From Octopus sinensis (Eukaryota): a stretch of DNA of 64,000 bases. The stretch's first letter is position 1, and each line of letters begins with the position of its first letter. Below are positions 59,690 to 64,000 of this stretch, piece by piece. The stretch is from contig NC_043008.1 in NCBI RefSeq assembly GCF_006345805.1, forward strand, positions 9,734,001-9,798,000, in the 5' to 3' direction. Made by a program: the position numbers and the translations under genes. The notes beneath the pieces were generated by a model, which saw only the letters and a program-made list of their open reading frames with translations, ran no database searches and was not told the origin of the DNA.

Positions 59690-60075
59690 GTGGAAGCACT
59701 CCGTCGGTTACGACGACGAGGGTTCCGGTTGATCCGAATCAACGGAACAGCCTGCTCGTGAAATTAACGTGCAAGTGGCTGAGCACTCCACAGACACGTG
59801 TACCCTCAACGTAGTTCTCGGGGATATTCAGCGTGACACAGAGAGTGACAAGGCCGGCCCCTTGAAATACAGGTACAACAGAAACAGGAAGTAAGAGTGA
59901 GAGAAAGTTGTGCTGAAAGAGTACAGCAGGGATCACCACCATCCCCTGCCGGAGCCTCGTGGAGCTTTAGGTGTTTTCGCTCAATAAACACTCACAACGC
60001 CCGGTCTGGGAATCGAAACCGCGATCCTATGACCGCGAGTCCGCTGCCCTAACCACTGGGCCATTGCGCCTCCAA
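59690..60075 (-). mobile_element. SINE with family D head and family C tail
   Basis: 59940-60075 matches rc of 26289-26440; 59700-59875 matches rc of 41510-41680. Confidence 0.8.
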
Positions 60076-60260
60076 TCCAAACATAAACAAGCAAGAAAAG
60101 ACAACAACGCGAGGACGTGGAATAAGTACAGTGGAAAGAAAGAGGATTTCACGTTTCAAGCGGAGCTCTTCATCAGAAATAAAGAAAAAGTCCAAAGAAG
60201 GAAAGTCGGAGAAAGAAAATCGCCAACGATACACACGTGGGCACATACTGAAATGACCGG
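60075..60260. mobile_element. Penelope-like repeat with hammerhead motif at 60147-60179 (minus strand)
   Basis: TTT-CTGATGA-A-GAGC(tcc)GCTT-GAAA-CGTG-AAA; cleavage triplet is GUG, probably inactive. Confidence 0.6.
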
Positions 60261-60289
60261 AAAGGAATGGGCGAAGAAAAAGTTCTTTC

Positions 60290-60710
60290 TAAGACAGGAG
60301 AGTGCACGAGATGGAGGTATGTGTGTGTATGTGTGGGCATGTGCGTGACGCAGGTCTGTGTGTGCGTGTGTGTGTGTATATGTGTGTGCGTGCGTATATA
60401 TGTGTTGTGTGTGATTGTATGTGCATGTGTACATGTGTGTATATATGTGCGTGTGCATATGTGTGCGTGTGTGTGTTTGCGGGTGTGTATACGTGTATGC
60501 GTGGGGTTGTGAGTGTTAGGTATGTGTGCATTTGTGTGTGTGTGCGCGTGCGTGTGTGTGCGCGTGCGTGTGTGTGCGCATGTGTATGTATGTGCGTCTA
60601 TATGTGTATGCATATGTATATGTGTGCGTACATGTGCGAGTGTGTGTATGTATGTATGTATGTGTATATGAATAACGTGTTTATGTATATATGTATGTAT
60701 ATGGCAGTGC
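60290..60710. repeat. Degenerate (TG/CG/TA)n low-complexity tract
   Basis: Directly visible. Confidence 0.9.
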
Positions 60711-60982
60711 CCCAGCATGGCCACAGCTCGTGAGCTGAAACTAGATAAAATAAAAAAATAATAAAAATAAAAATATATAGATAGATAGATAGACAGACAG
60801 ATATAAACAACTTATATATATATATATCTTATGTATGTATCCTTCCCTTCTTTCCTGGGCGTCAAATAATACTTTAATTCTTCCACGTCCTCGCGTTGCT
60901 GTGTTTTTTTCTGTTTTTTCTTGTTTGGATTAACTATATATGTATATATATAATATATATATATATAATATATATATAATAT

Positions 60983-61640
60983 ATAATTAGGGCTTAGTAA
61001 AATAAATTACTTTGCCACATACTGAACTTAGTAGAATAGCAGCCAAAAAAATACAGAAAAATATCACAAGTACATAGATCGTTTGAGTACGTCAACGTTT
61101 CAAGATTAGCCAAATAAAATCAGCATTTCTTTCGTCAGCTCAAAATTTCTTAATTTGGATTTGGAAACACTAAAAAGAAGGAACTTTACCTATCAGCGAA
61201 CTTGTCGCTTCAGATGAACCACTCCAACTAACAGTATCAACAAATTCAAAATGCGCAGGCGTAAATCTCTGCAATCCCCTTCCACCACGTGGTCTATCTA
61301 GCAAACATTATATTTTAACCGCGAGAACCGAGGCAGTATGACCGAGAGAAATGAATTATAATATCAACAATTGAGGGTAAAATTAATTAATTAATCAATT
61401 TCACCAAGTGTTCAGTATGTAAAAGGACCATTTAAGGCGAATTCAAAATATTACATTATATAATTAGGGCTTAGTAAAATAAATTACTTTGCCACATACT
61501 GAACTTAGTAGAAATAGCAGCCAAAAAAAATTTTCTTAGCATTTCTACTACTTAAAAGAAAATTTCTCTCAGATAATGTTTACTCCAGACAGCCCACGAA
61601 GGTTTGGAGGTAAATACAGAAAAATATCACAAGTACATAG
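60983..61640 (+). repeat. Direct repeats TAATTAGGGCTTAGTAAAATAAATTACTTTGCCACATACTGAACTTAG.. at about 60983 and 61460
   Basis: First copy equals the second minus about 85 internal bp; family unidentified. Confidence 0.8.
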
Positions 61641-61664
61641 TACAAGTATATATATCACAATTGT

Positions 61665-61753
<89 letters not shown>

Positions 61754-62089
61754 TATGTATGTATGTAGGTATAGATAGATAGATAAACAACGTATATGTA
61801 TGTGTGTGTGTGCGTGTGTGTGTAAGTGTATCCACTGGTGGGTGTGGGTGTGGTCTAATTCTCGTTTTTCTTCATTAGGTAACCTTTTAAAGTTTTTCCG
61901 TTAATTGTATGTGTTATTTTTGTGATTCGGTGTTTGCAATTTTTGAAGTTGTAGCGAGGGATTAATTCATTCGTTTATGACTTGTTGATTAATTGATGTC
62001 GGCTTCCGTTGTTTATTTATCTGTTTATCCATTCAGGTATTTTTGTTTAATTATTTTTACGAGTGTCTGTGTGTGTGTGTGTGTGTGTG

Positions 62090-62440
62090 TGTATTATTTT
62101 ACTTGTTTCAGTAATTTGACTGCGGCCATACTGGAGCACCACATTGAAGGATTTTTTTAAAAGCGAAAATATCGATCCCAGGACGCATTTTTTTAAAGCC
62201 CAATACTTATTCTATCGGCCTCATTTGCCGAACCACTAAGTGAGGAAAACATACACAGATACACACACATATTTATACGACGGGCTTCTTTCAGTTTCCG
62301 TCTACCAAATCCATTCACATGACTTTGATCGGACCAAGGCTATAGTAGAAGACACTCGCCCAAAGTGTCACGCAGTGGGACTGAACTTGAAACTACGTTG
62401 TTCAGAAGTAATATTCTTACCACACAGCCACCCTTGCCTC
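62090..62440 (-). mobile_element. Family B SINE
   Basis: TTTTACTTGTTTCAGTAATTTGACTGCGGCC...ACCACACAGCCAC. Confidence 0.85.
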
Positions 62441-62657
62441 TGCACATACGTGTGTATGTGTGTGTAAATGTATGTGTGTGTATGGTTGTATCATTTAAAA
62501 CGCAATATACCTTGTATATCAACATTAGTCTTTAATACACACATATACACATTAATATACACACACATATACACACATTATACATACAGGTAAATATATA
62601 AATGTTGACATGTGCAAGCATAAGTGTGTATCACTTAATATTTGAAGGCTATTTAAT

Positions 62658-63262
62658 GCGACGAGCTGGCAGAATCGTTAGCACGCCGGGCGAAATGCGT
62701 AGCCGTATTTCGTCTGCCGTTACGTTCTGAGTTCAAATTCCGCCGAGGTCGACTTTGCCTTTCATCCTTTCGGGGTCGTTTAAATAAGTACCAGTTGCGC
62801 ATTGGAGTCGATATAATCGACTTAACCCGTTTATCTCTCCTTGTTTATCCTCTCTGTGTTTAGCCCCTTGTGGGTAATAAAGAAATGGGTATTTCGTCTG
62901 CCGCTACGTTCTGAGTTCAAATTCCGCCGAGTTCGACTTTGCCTTTCATCCTTTCGGTGTCGATAAATTAAGTACCAGTTACTCACTGGGGTCGATGTAA
63001 TCGACTTAATCTCTTTGTCTGCTCTTGTTTGTCCCCTCTATGTTTAGCCCGTTGTGGACAATAAAGAAATAACAAACGTCGGGCGAAATGCTTTGCTGTA
63101 TTTCGTCTGTTTTTACGTTCTGAGTTCAAATTCCTCCGAGGTCGACGTTGCTTTTCATCCTTTCAGAGTCGATAAATTAAGTACCAGTTGCGTACTGGAG
63201 TCGAACTAATCGACTGGCCCCCTCCCCCATAATTTCGGGCCTTGTGCCTAGAGTAGAAAATA
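62658..63262 (+). mobile_element. Family A SINE array: head, two 184-bp units, then a third copy with alternative tail
   Basis: GTATTTCG at 62705 and 62889; third copy starts at about 63078. Confidence 0.92.
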
Positions 63263-63879
63263 ATATTTGTAGGCTATCTGCGTATATTCACACCAGTGTG
63301 GATATGTGTATATGTTTTGTATGCGAGAATCATCTATATCTTAACATAGGTTTGTATAAATGTGCCTATATTTGTGTGTTTGTGTGTGTGTGTGCGTGAA
63401 AGTTGAAGTAATACATCAAAGAATTTAATTAATTACAAATTGAAAGCAAAACTTCTCTTAGAATGGTCTGAATTCTCTTTCTTTTTCATTTCTGCTCATA
63501 AATTTATAGCCACCCAAATTAGGAGCCATATTCACAAACTAAGGACAAACAAACAGTAAGATACGATAAAACACAACAAACCATCGTCTATCATTGTGTA
63601 TAGCGTCATATCGATAGATGTTGTCATTGTATGGAATAATGTTACTGTTGGTATTTTGAGATATAGAAACATGTTACTTCTGACATCTGACAATAGGTGA
63701 ATCGTTATTTGGCCCCAGCAGGCATTCATCCGGCTAACTTATGGTAAAAAAAATGATTTTTTCTTCAATCAAACAATATTTCGTACCACATAATCTATTG
63801 TGTCCTGTTTTGTGCAAGTGAAGTGTGAAGTCAAGATTTATGTTTTTTATTGTTTCTGGCAGATCTAGTGACAGTATAC

Positions 63880-63925
<46 letters not shown>

Positions 63926-64000
63926 TCTCTGTCTTTCTCTCTCACCCTCTCAGACTCTTTCTCTTTCTGTCTCTATGTCCATCTCTTTCCTTTCCTTTCT

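Overview
AT-rich, repeat-saturated eukaryotic DNA, not prokaryotic. The repeat families and a mitochondrial 16S rRNA insert point to a coleoid cephalopod, most likely Octopus; this is inference from recognised motifs, no database was searched. I found no intact host gene, CRISPR array or true rRNA operon. Most ORFs in the supplied track are artefacts of (TA)n, (CA)n, (GATA)n and (TAA)n microsatellites. The recognisable coding sequence is decayed transposon: a full-length mariner (11.2-12.5 kb), Tc1, maT DD37D, hAT, Helitron, and CR1-, RTE-, Tx1/L1- and RLE (R4/Dong-like)-type non-LTR fragments. There are also about 30 copies of 3-4 tRNA-derived SINE families, several MITE/foldback elements and Penelope-like repeats. 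Most interesting: (1) minimal hammerhead ribozyme motifs in several Penelope-like families; (2) SINE tandem arrays that share one exact junction; (3) a non-TE-looking segment present three times (24.5, 26.2, 49.4 kb) with a conserved splice-donor-like site; (4) a tRNA-like sequence inside a 70-bp inverted repeat; (5) RLE retroelements sitting in specific microsatellites; (6) a NUMT; (7) a few splice-bounded exon candidates and one pre-miRNA-like hairpin. Repeat boundaries were read by eye and are approximate (about +/-10-20 bp) unless TIRs or TSDs are quoted.
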